DNA of 64,000 nt from an uncultured Gemmatimonadales bacterium (GCA_963825055.1 CAWGSK010000013.1:128001-192000), one strand, 5' to 3'. Counted from the stretch's first letter, positions 1 through 11,364 are shown. A program made the numbers and translations. Notes: generated from the sequence alone by a model not told the origin.

Positions 1-3000
1 AATCCAAAAATGGCCCTGCCCCTTATGATTGTCCTGTACACAACGTTCTCTGTCCATTCTTTATACTCATCTTCACCACGTGTAAGCCTGTTGTAATATG
101 CCGATAGGATTATCCGTTCGCCCGGTGAGAAAATGTAAGGCTCTGGGTCCGAAGCATTCGCCTTCTCTTGTTCCTCCCGTTCTTGCCTACGTTCGGCTTT
201 ATGTTCAGCCCAAGCATCTAGCGCGGCTTCATTGAGATCCGCCCATGTCGTGAGGGCGCCGCCTAGTCTTTCCCCCAACGACCCTTGTCCTGACCCTCCA
301 ATGGTGCCGTCACGATTCATGCAGAACAAATTCCCGCAGTTTGCTGTCCACCCTGATTCATAGTCCATATTCATCCCAGAGGGATCCCTCGCATCCAACA
401 CCTGTCCGCCCACGTAAGAGTAGACGTTGGCACCACCACCATACCCGATCGGATCCTCCTGCACAAACCGGAGCATGTCGGGGCTGTAGTACCGGGCCCG
501 ATGGAAATACCAGCCCGTCTCCGCGTCGTATTCCCGCCCGGTCCACCGGTACCGGAGCCCCGGATCCGTCCCGGACTGGGTTTCCTGGTTTCCATATGGG
601 TCGTAGCTGACGGCGTACTTCCAGGTCCCGTTCCGCTGAGTCAGAGTCCGGACGCTCCCCAGTTTGTCCTGGGCGGTGTAGTAGTGGTTCCCGGCGGCAT
701 CCCGGAGCGCCAGCAGGTCATCGGTGCCCAGGCCCCAGGTGTAGCGCCACCCGATGGTCGAGCCCGCCGAGTCCGTCTCGAAGGCCACGTGGTCTCCGTG
801 GTACACGTACCGCGTATACCCCACCGTCCCCCCCGTCGCGGAGCTGTAGACCCGCTTGGCGATGCGGCGGCCGAGGACGTCGTACCCGTATCGGACGATG
901 AGGGTACCGTTCCGGCGCACACTCCGGAGCCGGTTCAGGGCGTCATAATCGTAGGTTCTGACCTCCACCACGGACGAGTCCTTCGTCAGATTCCCGTCGC
1001 GGTCGTAGGTGAACCAATGCGTGTAGCCACTTGTTTTCCGTTGCAGAAGCCGAGAGGTCACGGTGTGGTAGAATTCAGTCCCTCCTGGGGTTCTGATATT
1101 GCCATTCTTGTCGAAGGAGAAGGTGAGGCTGTCCACCGGGAAATGGCTGCTGTTCTGGTGTTGTACCCAGCTGATGACCCGGCGCCAGCCGTCATACACC
1201 GTGCTGTCCTGCAGGCTGTCCAGCCCGCTCGCATTGTTCCGGCCGGTCCACAGGTTACTCAGCGCCGGCCCCGGCATGGTATCGGGCCCGGTGGGGTCGG
1301 ACGCGCGCTCGTAGCGCCCGAGGGTGTAGCCGGAGATTGTGGTGTGGCGCTCGTCCAGCTCGCCGGTCAGCGCGTAGCTCAGATTGGTGTGCGCGGCCCC
1401 TGACGGCGAGGCAATGCGCACGACCGCCGGCCGGCCCCGGCCATCGAAGGCATAGGAGACCGTATCCGCCCACGGGGTGAGGAGCGAATCCGCCATGCCG
1501 CGGAGAGTCTCATACTTCGTCGTCCAGGTCCCGAGCGCGTCCGTTACGGTGGCCGGGCGCTCCCAGGTATCGTAGGTGTAGCTCGTAGGCCTTGCGATGC
1601 TGCCGCTCTTGGTCGTATCCGTCTTGAGCCGCCCACGCTGGTCGTAGGTCCAGGCTACCGCCCCAAGGACCTTGCCGATCGAGTCCACCTGACTCGCCCA
1701 CCAGATCCTGGTGACCTGATCCAGGGGACCGGTGTACTTCGTCTTCCGGTCGCCCACGGTGGGAATCGTTGTCAGAGTGTCCCGGTTCCGGGAATCGTAC
1801 CAGGTCTCGATGGTGTAGCCTCGGCGAGTGATGGACTTCTTGAGGTTTCCGGCCTTGTCGTAAACCATTGAATCCTTGACAGCCATGGAGTCGGTCCAGG
1901 GTCTACGGCTCAGGAGGCGGCTCAGCCGATCGTACACGTACATCGTCGCCGTTGTGTCGGTCGTGTGGATCGTGAGACGCAGGGAATCACGCCCCGCGCG
2001 GTCCTTGACGAAACCCACATGCTGCACACGAAGCGTGTCGGTAGTCAGCGGCCATGAAGGTGTGTTACACGGTGCCGTGCAGTCGTCCGTGCGCAGACTC
2101 ATGCTGGTGGTCACCTCGTTGGCCGTTGTATAGACCTGTCGGCCCCGGCGCCACTGATACTTGACGGCGGTGCCGGTGGACTTGACCGGAATCTTGCTGT
2201 CATTGGTGGTGTCACGGCCCATGATGTCATACAGGACCTGGCTGACCACTTGGCCGGACTCATCGATGGTCTGCCAGGGGTTTCCCCAGGTCGTCTCGTA
2301 GGTCATGTGGCGGGATTTCGACGACCCCGGAAGACGGACGGAGTCCACCTGGCCGTTCGACTTGTACCAGGTCAGCGTGACGTTGCCCTGCGCATCCTTT
2401 GCATAGATCAGGTTTCCGTTGGCGTCGTAGTCCAGGCTGTCGACCTTGTTCCGATTGTCGATCCGCTTCACGACCCGGTGGTTGCCGTCATAGACCAGGC
2501 TGTCGCCGCGCAGGGTATCCCCCGCGGCCCGGATGATGTACGTCTTCACCACCCGCTTGAATGCATCGTAGGCAGCGTACGTTCGGCTGGAGTCCGCCGT
2601 CTTGCCCTGCGACCAGAGGAGAAAGCCGTCCGCGTCGTACTGGGCCTCGGAAAGTGTGCCGAGGGCATCCCAGCTCTTGAGCGCCTGGGCCCACCGGTTG
2701 ATGAGCGAGCGGGTCCAGTTGCTCTTCGGGTCCTCCATCTCCACGTACACACTGTCCAGCGACCGCAAGGAGCCCCATCCCTGCCGCTCATACGGCATAT
2801 AAGTCACCGTAGGGTTGAGCCAGGTGCCGGTCTCGTCCTGCACCCGTGGCGCCTTGGCCTGGATCGGCCGGCGCTTGAAGGTGGAGTCATAGACAATGGT
2901 CGTGGTGTCCGTGATCACCCCGATCCGGCGGGTCAGGACGACCGTGCCGGTGCCCGGGTAGGTCTGGTACGTGTACTTCGTGGTGAAGGGCCTGGCGGGC

Positions 3001-4676
3001 AGCGAGCTCAATGAATCGTAGGTGAGCTGGTAGGTGGTACCGTTGACCACGACCTTCGTCGCACGGGCGGCCCCGCTGGTCAGCGCGGTGATCGTGGAGA
3101 TCTTACCATTGCCGTCGTAGGCGAACGTAATCGTCTTGTCCTTCGGGTCCTTGAGGACGCTGACCGCGCCGCTGCCGGTATAGGTCACGGTGTCCCGGTT
3201 CCCATTGGCGTCCACCGTGGCAGCCAAGCGGCCTTGGGAGTCGTACTTGACCTTCGCCGTGGACCCACGCGGTCGGAGTTCCCAGCCGTTCGCCGTCTTG
3301 ACGAGGGTGGTAAAGCTGCCGGGGGGCGAGAGATAGAGGCTGTCGCCGTTGCCCCGGAAGATCGTCGCCGTTCCTCCAGACCCCACGAGGATTCTGTCGT
3401 TACCCGCCGCCACGAGCTGGCTGACTCCGCTGGGCCACCAGCCGGAGCCGTACGCCGTGGTCCGGCGGTCTACTAGGACAATCTCCACCGAATCCGCCGA
3501 GATCTTGGTGGTGGCACCCGAGGTCACCCGGGCCTCGACCGTGAGCCACTTCCCGGTGGGACTGCTGAACGTGCTCCCCGAAAAGTCGCCCTGGAGCGTG
3601 GCCCGGCACTTCTTGACCGCCCCGGTCGCACAGGTCGGCGAACTCAGGGTGACCGAATCGAGTCCGGTCACGCCATCCTTCAGAATGAGCTTGATCTGAC
3701 TTGGCGTCCCTGCCGGCCAGGGCAGCTCGAGGTCGACGTTGACCAGCGCGCGCGGGTAGGACGTCCGGGTGGAATAGACGAGGCCGGTGCCCCGGGCACT
3801 GCCCATCGAGAAATACGGAATCGTGCTGAAGCCGGTCGTGACCTCGGCGCCCACTACCCCCACCCCGGGCCCGAAGGACGACGCAAAGCCTCCGTTCACG
3901 GCCTCGAGCGGCATGCCGGTGAAGCCCAGCACGGGAGTCGAATCGTTGACGAGGACCGCCCAGCGCGTGGTTGTCCCGCACGCGTTCTGGGTCGTACAGG
4001 ACCGGAGGCTCAGCAGGCCGGAGTCGCCGACGGCGAGACGATGGATCGAGTCCAGCTCCCACTCGACCACGCCGCGATTCTGCCGGGCGAGCGACGTCAC
4101 CGTATCGCCCTTCCAGGTGAGTACGGTCTTGGTGCTATCGATCGTCGCCCCTGACACCGGTACGATTGTCGCCAGAAAGAGAGGCTGCCGGGTGTGGACG
4201 ACAGCTCGACTGCCGGAGGTCACCACGGGGGAGAGGATGGAGATCGTCGGTGGCGGCAGGAGCGAGACCGAATAGTACCCGGTATCCGTGGCCGCCCCGG
4301 ACGCGATCAGGGACAGTGATCCGGCAAACACGCCGGCACTGAAGGTTACCTCCACGTCGGTGCCGCTTCCGCCTGCCAGATAGACCGAGCTCTGATCCAC
4401 TGAGCATGTCGAGAACTTGAGCGCCTTGCAGGTCAGGGTGAACGTCGTGGCCGCCGTGCCCGTGTTGTTGACCACGAATTCCGCCACGTTTCCGCTCGAG
4501 TTCTGGGCCACGGACATCCCGGTTCCGTCCGGTGTCACGGAGACACCCCAGCACGCCGGGCAGAGCGGGCCAGACCCCCCGCCGGGCAGTCCCGGGTTCT
4601 GGGCGGCGAGGGGAGCGGCGAGCAGGACCAGCAGAAGAACCGGAAGCAGGCGGACGAGGGCACGGCGGGACGCCAT
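1..4676 (-). CDS. RHS/YD-repeat protein with Sec signal peptide, Ig-like N-terminus and variable C-terminal domain (3' end beyond window)
   Basis: Frame open from ATG 4676 to the window edge, with no stop, so missing from the ORF track. Signal-like MASRRALVRLLPVLLLVLLAAPLAAQ, many YD repeats (YDSQGRL, YDANGNL, YDKAGNL), RHS core end RYRWTGREYDAETGWYFHRARYYSPDMLRFVQEDPIGYGGGANVYSYVGG..RDPSG, then a lower-GC tail. Confidence 0.93.
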   Translation of the reverse strand, partial: MASRRALVRLLPVLLLVLLAAPLAAQNPGLPGGGSGPLCPACWGVSVTPDGTGMSVAQNSSGNVAEFVVNNTGTAATTFTLTCKALKFSTCSVDQSSVYLAGGSGTDVEVTFSAGVFAGSLSLIASGAATDTGYYSVSLLPPPTISILSPVVTSGSRAVVHTRQPLFLATIVPVSGATIDSTKTVLTWKGDTVTSLARQNRGVVEWELDSIHRLAVGDSGLLSLRSCTTQNACGTTTRWAVLVNDSTPVLGFTGMPLEAVNGGFASSFGPGVGVVGAEVTTGFSTIPYFSMGSARGTGLVYSTRTSYPRALVNVDLELPWPAGTPSQIKLILKDGVTGLDSVTLSSPTCATGAVKKCRATLQGDFSGSTFSSPTGKWLTVEARVTSGATTKISADSVEIVLVDRRTTAYGSGWWPSGVSQLVAAGNDRILVGSGGTATIFRGNGDSLYLSPPGSFTTLVKTANGWELRPRGSTAKVKYDSQGRLAATVDANGNRDTVTYTGSGAVSVLKDPKDKTITFAYDGNGKISTITALTSGAARATKVVVNGTTYQLTYDSLSSLPARPFTTKYTYQTYPGTGTVVLTRRIGVITDTTTIVYDSTFKRRPIQAKAPRVQDETGTWLNPTVTYMPYERQGWGSLRSLDSVYVEMEDPKSNWTRSLINRWAQALKSWDALGTLSEAQYDADGFLLWSQGKTADSSRTYAAYDAFKRVVKTYIIRAAGDTLRGDSLVYDGNHRVVKRIDNRNKVDSLDYDANGNLIYAKDAQGNVTLTWYKSNGQVDSVRLPGSSKSRHMTYETTWGNPWQTIDESGQVVSQVLYDIMGRDTTNDSKIPVKSTGTAVKYQWRRGRQVYTTANEVTTSMSLRTDDCTAPCNTPSWPLTTDTLRVQHVGFVKDRAGRDSLRLTIHTTDTTATMYVYDRLSRLLSRRPWTDSMAVKDSMVYDKAGNLKKSITRRGYTIETWYDSRNRDTLTTIPTVGDRKTKYTGPLDQVTRIWWASQVDSIGKVLGAVAWTYDQRGRLKTDTTKSGSIARPTSYTYDTWERPATVTDALGTWTTKYETLRGMADSLLTPWADTVSYAFDGRGRPAVVRIASPSGAAHTNLSYALTGELDERHTTISGYTLGRYERASDPTGPDTMPGPALSNLWTGRNNASGLDSLQDSTVYDGWRRVISWVQHQNSSHFPVDSLTFSFDKNGNIRTPGGTEFYHTVTSRLLQRKTSGYTHWFTYDRDGNLTKDSSVVEVRTYDYDALNRLRSVRRNGTLIVRYGYDVLGRRIAKRVYSSATGGTVGYTRYVYHGDHVAFETDSAGSTIGWRYTWGLGTDDLLALRDAAGNHYYTAQDKLGSVRTLTQRNGTWKYAVSYDPYGNQETQSGTDPGLRYRWTGREYDAETGWYFHRARYYSPDMLRFVQEDPIGYGGGANVYSYVGGQVLDARDPSGMNMDYESGWTANCGNLFCMNRDGTIGGSGQGSLGERLGGALTTWADLNEAALDAWAEHKAERRQEREEQEKANASDPEPYIFSPGERIILSAYYNRLTRGEDEYKEWTENVVYRTIIRGRAIFG

Positions 4677-4710
4677 GAGAGGACTCCGGCAGAAGGATGC
4701 CCTCTCCCCA

Positions 4711-4727
4711 TGGCATATGCCGTACCA
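4711..4727 (-). promoter_or_regulatory. Putative sigma54 (-24/-12) promoter of RHS gene 1
   Basis: TGGTACGGCATATGC: GG-N10-GC, close to the TGGCACG-N4-TTGC consensus, about 37 nt upstream of the ATG. Confidence 0.7.
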
Positions 4728-4788
4728 GGTGGGCTTGGAGGCTCAGGCGTTGACTCGCAAGGACTTACGAGGGCGGGATGCTACCTGC

Positions 4789-4839
4789 GTCTCACTGAGG
4801 CGTGAGACAGTCTCACGGAGTCTCAGGGTTCAGTGAGAC
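4789..4839. promoter_or_regulatory. Palindromic upstream activator-like sites (two GTCTCA-N8-TGAGAC)
   Basis: GTCTCAC-TGAGGC-GTGAGAC at 4789-4808 and GTCTCA-GGGTTCAG-TGAGAC at 4820-4839; near-identical inverted copy at 11521-11548. Confidence 0.65.
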
Positions 4840-4841
4840 TG

Positions 4842-4976
4842 GGCGGGCAGGCGGGCAGGCGGACAGGCGGGCAGGCGGGCAGGCGGACAGGCGGGCAGGC
4901 GGACAGGCGGACAGGCGGACAGGCGGACAGGCGGACAGGCGGACAGGCGGACAGGCGGACAGGCGGACAGGCGGAC
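4842..4976. repeat. Tandem octamer repeat GGCGG(A/G)CA, about 17 copies
   Basis: Directly visible. Confidence 0.95.
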
Positions 4977-5145
4977 TCGAAGCTAATGAACAATTGCCAA
5001 GTCAGGATTGTGCGGTCTTAGGCCATATATCGGCCGGATTCGTGCCTGTAGGGGAACACGGGACGTGAGCAACGCGCCCCGACCTCGCTTCGGTTAATAA
5101 ACTCCGGGACGCCGATGACGCCGCCCGCGGTATTCACACGGCCTG

Positions 5146-5353
5146 ATGTCCGACCAGCCGAAGGATCCTGTCCGGATCACCGTCAAGCCGCTCGGCACGA
5201 TCGTCGTGCACGGCGAGGTCCGGGTGGAGGATCGGGAAGGGAACGAGATCCCGTTGCCGGTCGCGAAGAATCCGGGGATGGTGAAGTTCTGTGGGTGCGG
5301 GCGGAGCAGGGAGAAGCCGTTTCTGCGACGGGAGCCACAAGTGCAGCGAGTAG
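5146..5353 (+). CDS. CDGSH iron-sulfur domain protein (one extra T near 5321)
   Basis: FCGCGRSREKPF, then in the shifted frame TGC GAC GGG AGC CAC = CDGSH; TAG at 5351-5353. Confidence 0.85.
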
Positions 5354-5863
5354 CGAATAGCGAGTAGTGCGTCGTACGAGCGGCCGGACGGCCGCCCGAG
5401 AGGTGGCACGGGATCGACGGCTGTCTACCCGATGCTGCGCCTGCCATTTGACGGCGCTCTGGCGGCCCGCAGGCCGCCCGTGAGATGGCCAGGGATCGAG
5501 GGCAACCCCTCCCAATGGGGCATGAGCCAATCGACCGCCTACATGGCGGCCGGACAGTGGCACGTGGGGGTTACCCGGGATTGTTCATTGCTTCAAACGC
5601 AAGGGCTTGCCACACCGAGCCGTCCTCTCGCCGGCGTGCTCCTGCCGGGTGGCGACGATAGGTCGACGTCGCGCTCGCGCTCCGCCTCACGGGTCCTCGG
5701 GCCGGCAGAGACCCTCCGATCCTTCCCTGGCTCAATCGCGGGGGCAAGTCAAAACAAGTGGATTACTTCATCTTTGGTGACTCTCGTGGGCGGAACACCT
5801 GCCGCTAAGGCAATCTCAGGTTCGGCCTGACCCGATATCCTATAAATTCGAACTGGAAAAGGA

Positions 5864-6427
5864 CTACAGTGACAGAAACTTGCGGAGCCAGATCAGCCAG
5901 GCCGGCACACCTAGGATACGCAATTGTCCTAACTCGCGCTCGCGCTTCGGGACGTCTTCCCACCACTCGGTTTCCAACGCGTGTCTTGCTTCGTCTGCGA
6001 GTAATGTAGCGTCAGGCAGTTGTGTAGCAAAGTCGATCTCGGCCCTTACGCAGATTTGTTCAATCCGTCTACGGTTGCGCGGAAGATACCGGATCCCGGC
6101 TCTATAGACTCGAGCATGGGTCGCCTCGTGAACGAGCGTCATGGCCAGACTAGCCAGTGGTGCGGTCAAGATGTGTCTCGCGCTTAGCACACAAGCATCA
6201 AGGAAATGCCAGTAGGATCCTGCACTGCCACCACTAGGCCCGATGATGATTCGATGAAATGCCTTTCGCATCCTGTTGATGCGCCCAGGCTCAGCATCTT
6301 CGATAAAGTCAAGCAGTTCCTCAATTCGTTCGAAAAGCGTTTCCTCCTGCTTGATTTCCGAGAAATTCGCAACATCGAACCTTCCAACTACGCGGACCAC
6401 CGACAGGCGAAATGCCGCTTGTAGCAT
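5864..6427 (-). CDS. HExxH-motif protein directly downstream of RHS gene 2 (candidate immunity protein or metallopeptidase)
   Basis: MTLVHEATH motif with downstream Glu (RAE); lower GC; start taken at ATG 6427, uncertain. Confidence 0.6.
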   Translation of the reverse strand: MLQAAFRLSVVRVVGRFDVANFSEIKQEETLFERIEELLDFIEDAEPGRINRMRKAFHRIIIGPSGGSAGSYWHFLDACVLSARHILTAPLASLAMTLVHEATHARVYRAGIRYLPRNRRRIEQICVRAEIDFATQLPDATLLADEARHALETEWWEDVPKRERELGQLRILGVPAWLIWLRKFLSL

Positions 6428-6488
6428 GAGGGCCTGAATGGTGGATCGAATGGCCCCGGGGTTCAGAGTCAATCGCAATGGCCTGGTC

Positions 6489-9400
6489 TCAGTCCTTCTT
6501 TTGATCTTCATCTGGCTTCGTTTCATCAGGTTTGGGCGGTTTGGCGGGCTCCTCAAACTCAGGTGGATTATCGGAGCCTTTAACGCGATCGGGAACACCT
6601 CCCCCAATCCACCCAGCACCCGCGATAAGAATCCGCCTCAGCCAGTCTCCAGCACTCGCCATCTCAGCAACAAGGCCGTCAGCAACGCGTGTCACACTGC
6701 TAATGTCTCTCGCCGCTCCCACCATTCCACCAACGACCACTCCCGCCGTGCCCCCTACGAGAGCGCCACCACCACCCCCTGCCACGGTTCCCACACCCGG
6801 CACGACGAATGTGCCTCCCGTGGCGCCTATAACAGCTCCACCCAATCCACCTGCGAGTAGGCCCGCTCCAGCCATTGTAAACGTACACGGTATACCATCC
6901 TTCTCAATCGGGCACAGTCCAAAGGGGTCCGTGTTCCTCACCGGGTCGTTACCATTAAACTGGAACAGATTCAGCCCACCTCCGACTCCGATTGGATCCT
7001 CCTGCGTCCATCTGCCCGTCCGGGCATCATAGGCCCGATTCCGGAACAGAGACACGTCCGGAATGTCAACATTGCTGAACCGGTCCGGATCAAAGCTGCT
7101 GGCACCCTTCGTGGCCCCCGCGAAGCGCCACTGAGAAGGCAGAGTACTTCCACCTTCCTCGTCCGCGTTCAGACTGCCGTCACCGTGGCCAGCCGAGAGT
7201 TGACGACCCTGTCCATCCGTCACGACGTACACGGGCTGACCCTGGACGACGTCGCCGGTGCCCCGCAGCACCGCCAGCATCGGGTCATCCAGGCCGGGGC
7301 CGTGGAAGAACCGCCACCGGTTGTTCCCTCCGTAATAGCCAGCCGTCGGATTCGCCCCGTCGAACGTCAGGAACAGTCCTGTCTCGTCACAGGGCAGAAA
7401 CATCTGACCATCAGCGTCGTACCGGCAACCGTCCTCGTTGTCCGTCAGCACGACGCCGCCGTTGTACGACTGGCCTTTCATCATGCCCGTCATGCGCCCG
7501 AGGGCGTCGTAGTAGTACGCTCTCACCAGAGGGATATTCTGCGCAATGAGGGGGCTCGGCAACTCGAATCGACGCGCGCCGGATCCCGTATAGGTATGCG
7601 TAATCGTCGGGCCGGACCAGAGCGAGTCATGATCGCTGGTCAGGCGGTTGGTACCGCTGCCCATGACGAAGACGGTCCAGAGGGTGTGGTTAGCATCCAG
7701 CTTGAAGGCCAGGTTGCCGGCGTCGTCGTAGCGCATCGAATCGACCTGACCGCCCTGCAGCTGCTGGCTGGTCAACATGCCCAGCTGATTGTACCGGTTG
7801 ACCTCGGAGCCGTGACTGCCGGCACACGGGGTATTGCTGTAGGTCGTGGTGCCGGGGCACACGGCTGACGATTGCTGGATGCGGCCAATGAGATCGACCT
7901 TCTCCCGCTCCCAGGTAAACCGGTGTCGATTATCTGTGGCGGAGCTGGTGTTGGTCGCCTGCGCCCACCGCAGCTCGCCTGCTCTCCCATACCGCAATTC
8001 CACGGCCAGGTTGCTTTCGGGATAGCCGACCCGCTTGCGCCTTCCCAGCGTGTCCCAGTCGAAGGCGAACGTTTTCTGGACGTTTCCCGTTCCCGACTTG
8101 TACCAGACGGCCATTGTCGCCAGATCGCCGGCGGCGTCGTAGCCGTAGACCATGGTATCCTTCCCCGCGTAGACCACCTTGCTGATGGCGCCGGTTTCGT
8201 TGTAGGAGTAGGCGATGGAGTCGGAAAACACGGTGTCCTGGAGGATGGTCACCTTCTTGCGTAGTGAGCCGTCCGCATAGTAGCCGCGCCGGATAAGGCT
8301 GTTCCTGTTCCTGGTTTCGATCAGATTGCCGAAACCATCGTAGGTGTACTGAATCGTATCCGCCGGTGAGGTGTAACTACCGAAAGCATCTGAATTCACT
8401 CTGGGCGGGAGAATCGTCTTAGTACGCCGGCCCATCAGGTCGTAGGTGTGGCTCACCGTCAGCGAGTCGCGACTGGCCATCGAGGTCACGAGGCCTGCCT
8501 GGTCCAGGGTAGCCGTCTGGGCACGATTGAATTCGTCCTTCTCGGTGATCGTCAGCCCCCGTGCATCCCGGACGTAGCGGCGCTTGACCCCTCTGGGATC
8601 AGACAGGGAGTCCAGCCCGGTCGCGCCCTGGTAATAATAGGTCTTCAAGGCGTAGTCGCCGTACTTGTGAGGGGTATAGGGGCTGGTCAGATCGGTGCAT
8701 TGGTTATAGCTCGACTGGCAACCGATCATCCGGTTGGATGAATGCGGGTAGCCACTGGGCCAGCTCAGGAAAGCAATGGTGTATCGTCGATGCAGAGTGA
8801 CTCGATTCAGGGCGTCATAGTCCCACTCTTCGCGGTTGGCAAGCGGGTCGTACGCAGCGGTGACCCTGCCGTACAAATCCCGGACATAGGTATTGATCCC
8901 TCCCTGCGGGAGACTGTCGACCTTCAGGTTGCCCATGGCGTCGTAGTAGAAGCGGTGGGCAAGATCCTGATTTACGGTTGTGTTTGTGCTCGCCTTCCAG
9001 GTGGGGACCGCCGAGTTCCGTTACGGTCTTCAACTGGCCCTTGGGGTTCCATGTGGTTTCGCTGTAGACGTAGTCTGTTCGGTAGGCGCGTCCATCGATG
9101 GAGTGATCGAGCAGGCCCATGTTGTTGTACACGTATGTAGTTGCGTTGTAAGAGGCGTCCTGGACCGAAATCGGCAAGAAGACCAGCCCTCGGTGATACT
9201 CGTTCCTGAGTTGCTGTAGGTGTACTGCCTGAGCCGGCTGGGCGACTGAGGCTGTCGTCCAAGCCCGGGCTGAGCACTTGAGTTAACCGGAGCCGGCCAT
9301 AGTCGTCGTACTCCGCCAAATCCACGAGGCCCGTGGCCGTGTGACCATGGTGACCAGGGCAGGGACCGATACTGGCCGCGTTCCACGATAGTCACATTGT

Positions 9401-11364
9401 TATATGCGTCCTTAATGCGCGTCGGCGCCCCCCAGTGGTCCACCCAGAAGGTGGCATCATAGTTTCCGGCACGCGGTCCCTGGATCTTGGTATATCGCGC
9501 TGACGTGTCCGGCGGGTTGATCGCTGTGCCAGCAAAGAGCCCCGCCTGATCCCAAGGAGTGACGTACGTCGACGCGGTGCTCGTCCCGGTCGGACCGAAT
9601 GGAACGTCAAACTTCTCAACACGCAGGCCCTTGAAGTAGTAATAGGTCGATGTGTAGCGCCCCGGTTGGTGCGGGTCGTGAGTCGTCCGTTGGAGTCGTA
9701 GCCGTACCCCGTGGTCACGTTATCGGGGTCAGGCTCACCAGACGCCCGCTGGTTACCGTGGCATCAAGATCCGGGAGGCGGGATCGATGATCTTGTCCAG
9801 CTTGCCGCTGACATAGGTCAGGGCATAGGACGCTCCTGCCCGGAGGGACGGCGATAGCCGTGAGCAACGCGCCGGACCACGTGAACGTCGTCGACTGTCC
9901 AGCCCGGTTCGTGGTCTGCACGTGCTTGCCGGACGAGTTGTATGTGACAACGACCCCGTACTTGAGAGTCCGTTCGTACTGACTGCTCACCAGCCGGATG
10001 GTGTCCCGATACGCGCCAAGGGGAGCCACCCAGGTTGTCGAGTTCACCTGGGAGTAGAGCTTTGACGACCCGTCGCCACCGATCCAGAGGATACCATTGC
10101 CGCCAGCCGGCTGATTCAGGACCAGCTGTTGCGACCCGAACGAGGCTCCATCCCGTTCCGTAGGCGCTAGCCGCTCGATTGACAACGACCAGTTGGCCCG
10201 AGACGATGTCACTGTATGAACTTGCCGAATACTGATTGGTCACCTCAAGGAGGAAGGGATAGACTCCCCAGGAATCCGTCGAAGCGTCATACGTCAGGGT
10301 GATGCGCGGCTTGAACTGCCCGTGGACCAGGCATACGAACCCGCAACCTTTGTAACCCAGGCACCTCCTATCTGAACCTTCAGGTTCGCCAGGAGCGTGC
10401 TGGGAACTGCTTGCCCCGTCGGTTGGGTTACGGTGGCGGTCACGACTGGCTTTGGGATCGCCTGCGCCGACGAGTAGAGCAGTGTCAGGGAGCGATCTCT
10501 TCCCAGGGTCCGGTATGACGGCAATCCCTGCGTCGCAACCAGGTCTCCACAAACGAGTGCCGCTTCGCCCGCACCTGCAACGAGGCACTGGGATCTGTCC
10601 CAGTTGTCGTCGGAATGATTGTAGAGCGCTATGTCGGGGGCCCCTTCGTCGGCAGCGGTGATATTGTATGAGCCCTGGTCGCTGACTGGACCTGTACCGC
10701 TCGCATTGAGGCGCAGGAGTCCACTGGAGGAGCCGACGCTGAATGTGACGCTGACCACCCCGTCATCCGCCGCAGAGAGGTATATGGATCCCGGAGATAC
10801 GGACACGCAGGTCACGCCGAACGCCAGGCACGAGAACGTGTACGTATTTGCATAGGTGCCCGTATTGAGGACATAGAAATTCAAGGTGTGGTTTCCCGAG
10901 TTCTTGGCGTAGGTAACGGGACTGTTGTCCGGCGTGACCCTCACGCCGTATGAACCGCCCCCACCGCCGCCGCCTACTGCGGCCATACCGGACTGTTTGC
11001 TGGCGCCAGTGCCGTCAACAAGATATTGCGCCCGTTTTTCCGTCCTGCCGGCTGTTGCAACGAGCTCCAGCGCTCCAGTGCCTTCCCCAGCCAGGTACTT
11101 CACGCTAATCGTCGTGGCCTCATCTGCGGCCAGGCGCACTCGCGCGCTCGAAGCCAGGGAGCATGACACACCTCCGTAGCCCTCACAGGACAGGTCCACC
11201 CACTGGGACCTTCCGCTGATATTCATGAGGCGGAACTGGACCACGGAATCGGTGACAGCCAGCCTCGCCGGTCCGCTGCCGGGGCGATCAGTCCTCCCGG
11301 AGCTGGCCACCTGGGCCCAGCCGCGGCTCGGGACAAAGAGGATGAGGAGGAGCGGAAACAGCAT
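6489..11364 (-). pseudogene. RHS/YD-repeat protein 2 with signal peptide, two Ig-like domains and Gly-zipper C-terminus; several frameshifts between about 8940 and 10310 (decay or assembly error)
   Basis: Consecutive fragments 11364-10294, 10588-9818, 10212-9715, 9718-8815 and 8936-6489; core RNRAYDARTGRWTQEDPIGVGGGLNLFQFNGNDPVRNTDPFGL. Confidence 0.85.

Noticed and set aside
4842..4976. Tandem arrays (also 24958-25048 and 32533-32635) as CRISPR arrays, or as the GGQADRR/FTVHRSP/GGQ peptide ORFs
   Set aside because: Units are 7-9 nt with no unique spacers and no cas genes; the ORFs are translations of the repeats
5310..5353. Programmed frameshifting in the CDGSH, floA, ALDH or IorB genes
   Set aside because: No canonical slippery heptamers seen, and indels are scattered across unrelated genes, so sequencing error is simpler
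5368..5863. Possible island attachment site in the region after the CDGSH gene
   Set aside because: Only 8-bp partial matches to the tRNA end, in the wrong orientation; the boundary remains unresolved
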